64,000 nt of DNA from Epiperipatus broadwayi (Eukaryota > Animalia > Onychophora), in contig JAQFVV010000005.1 in the NCBI GenBank assembly GCA_028023455.1, forward strand, positions 10,044,001-10,108,000, given 5' to 3'. How positions within the stretch are numbered: position 1 is the stretch's first letter; each line of letters starts with the position of its first letter. This document shows positions 63,501-64,000 of the stretch, piece after piece. Both the position numbers and the translations under genes were made by a program. The notes beneath the pieces are model-generated. The model was given only the letters and a program-made list of their open reading frames with translations, was not told the origin of the DNA and did no database searches.

Positions 63501-64000
63501 TGTGTTTATTTTTATTTCCCTTTAGCCATCCTAATAAAGAAAAAATCATATGCAATATAATAATGAAATGAAATTCCAGTTTTAAATTTGCTACTTATAT
63601 ATTTGTCTCCAAAAATCACTATAAAAACAAACAAAATGCTCTCAGCATAATAGATTAAATCCTAACCAGGTAGATCACACAATATACATAATTGATTGGA
63701 ATATTGCATTTTCGTTAAAATTCAGTAGAATTAGTATGAAGATTGGAGTGAGAAAAAAGATATAGTTGAAAAAAATAAATATTTTATTTTACTTAACTCT
63801 TCATTCAATATTTGCATATGTTATTGCACTGCTCTATGTGCGTTTTTAATTACAAATTTTATTAGGCTCCATTTTATATACATTTCTAAAAAGGCCTTGG
63901 GGTTGAAGTGAGAGGTTTTGGCTACGGGCTAGAAGTTCTTCACCCTAGTTTAAATATCGAATAATAATCACTTTTGAAGTGCTAAATTGTTTAAAATCAA

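Overview
This is very AT-rich (roughly three-quarters A+T by eye) eukaryotic DNA, most likely from an invertebrate animal. It holds one convincing protein-coding region, an intronless tandem C2H2 zinc-finger ORF (26778-28490) with decayed fingers upstream. It also holds one tRNA-Gly(TCC) retro-pseudogene with a 19-bp target-site duplication (TSD). The rest is largely nested, degenerate transposons: Penelope-like elements (PLEs, several as head-to-head inverted pairs), a Gypsy pol remnant, probable piggyBac, pogo, MULE, hAT and L1-like remnants, and MITEs. Two patterns stand out. (1) Four long (1.6-5.1 kb) TGT...ACA-bounded elements sit in (TA)n tracts, mostly with ATAT flanks; two are copies of one 5.1-kb unit. 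(2) About ten minimal type-I hammerhead ribozyme (HHR)-like motifs fall into several families, including one with an intact core (20986-21029) and a ~426-nt terminally redundant, retrozyme-like unit. All alignments and translations were done by eye. Identities are approximate and no database search was run.
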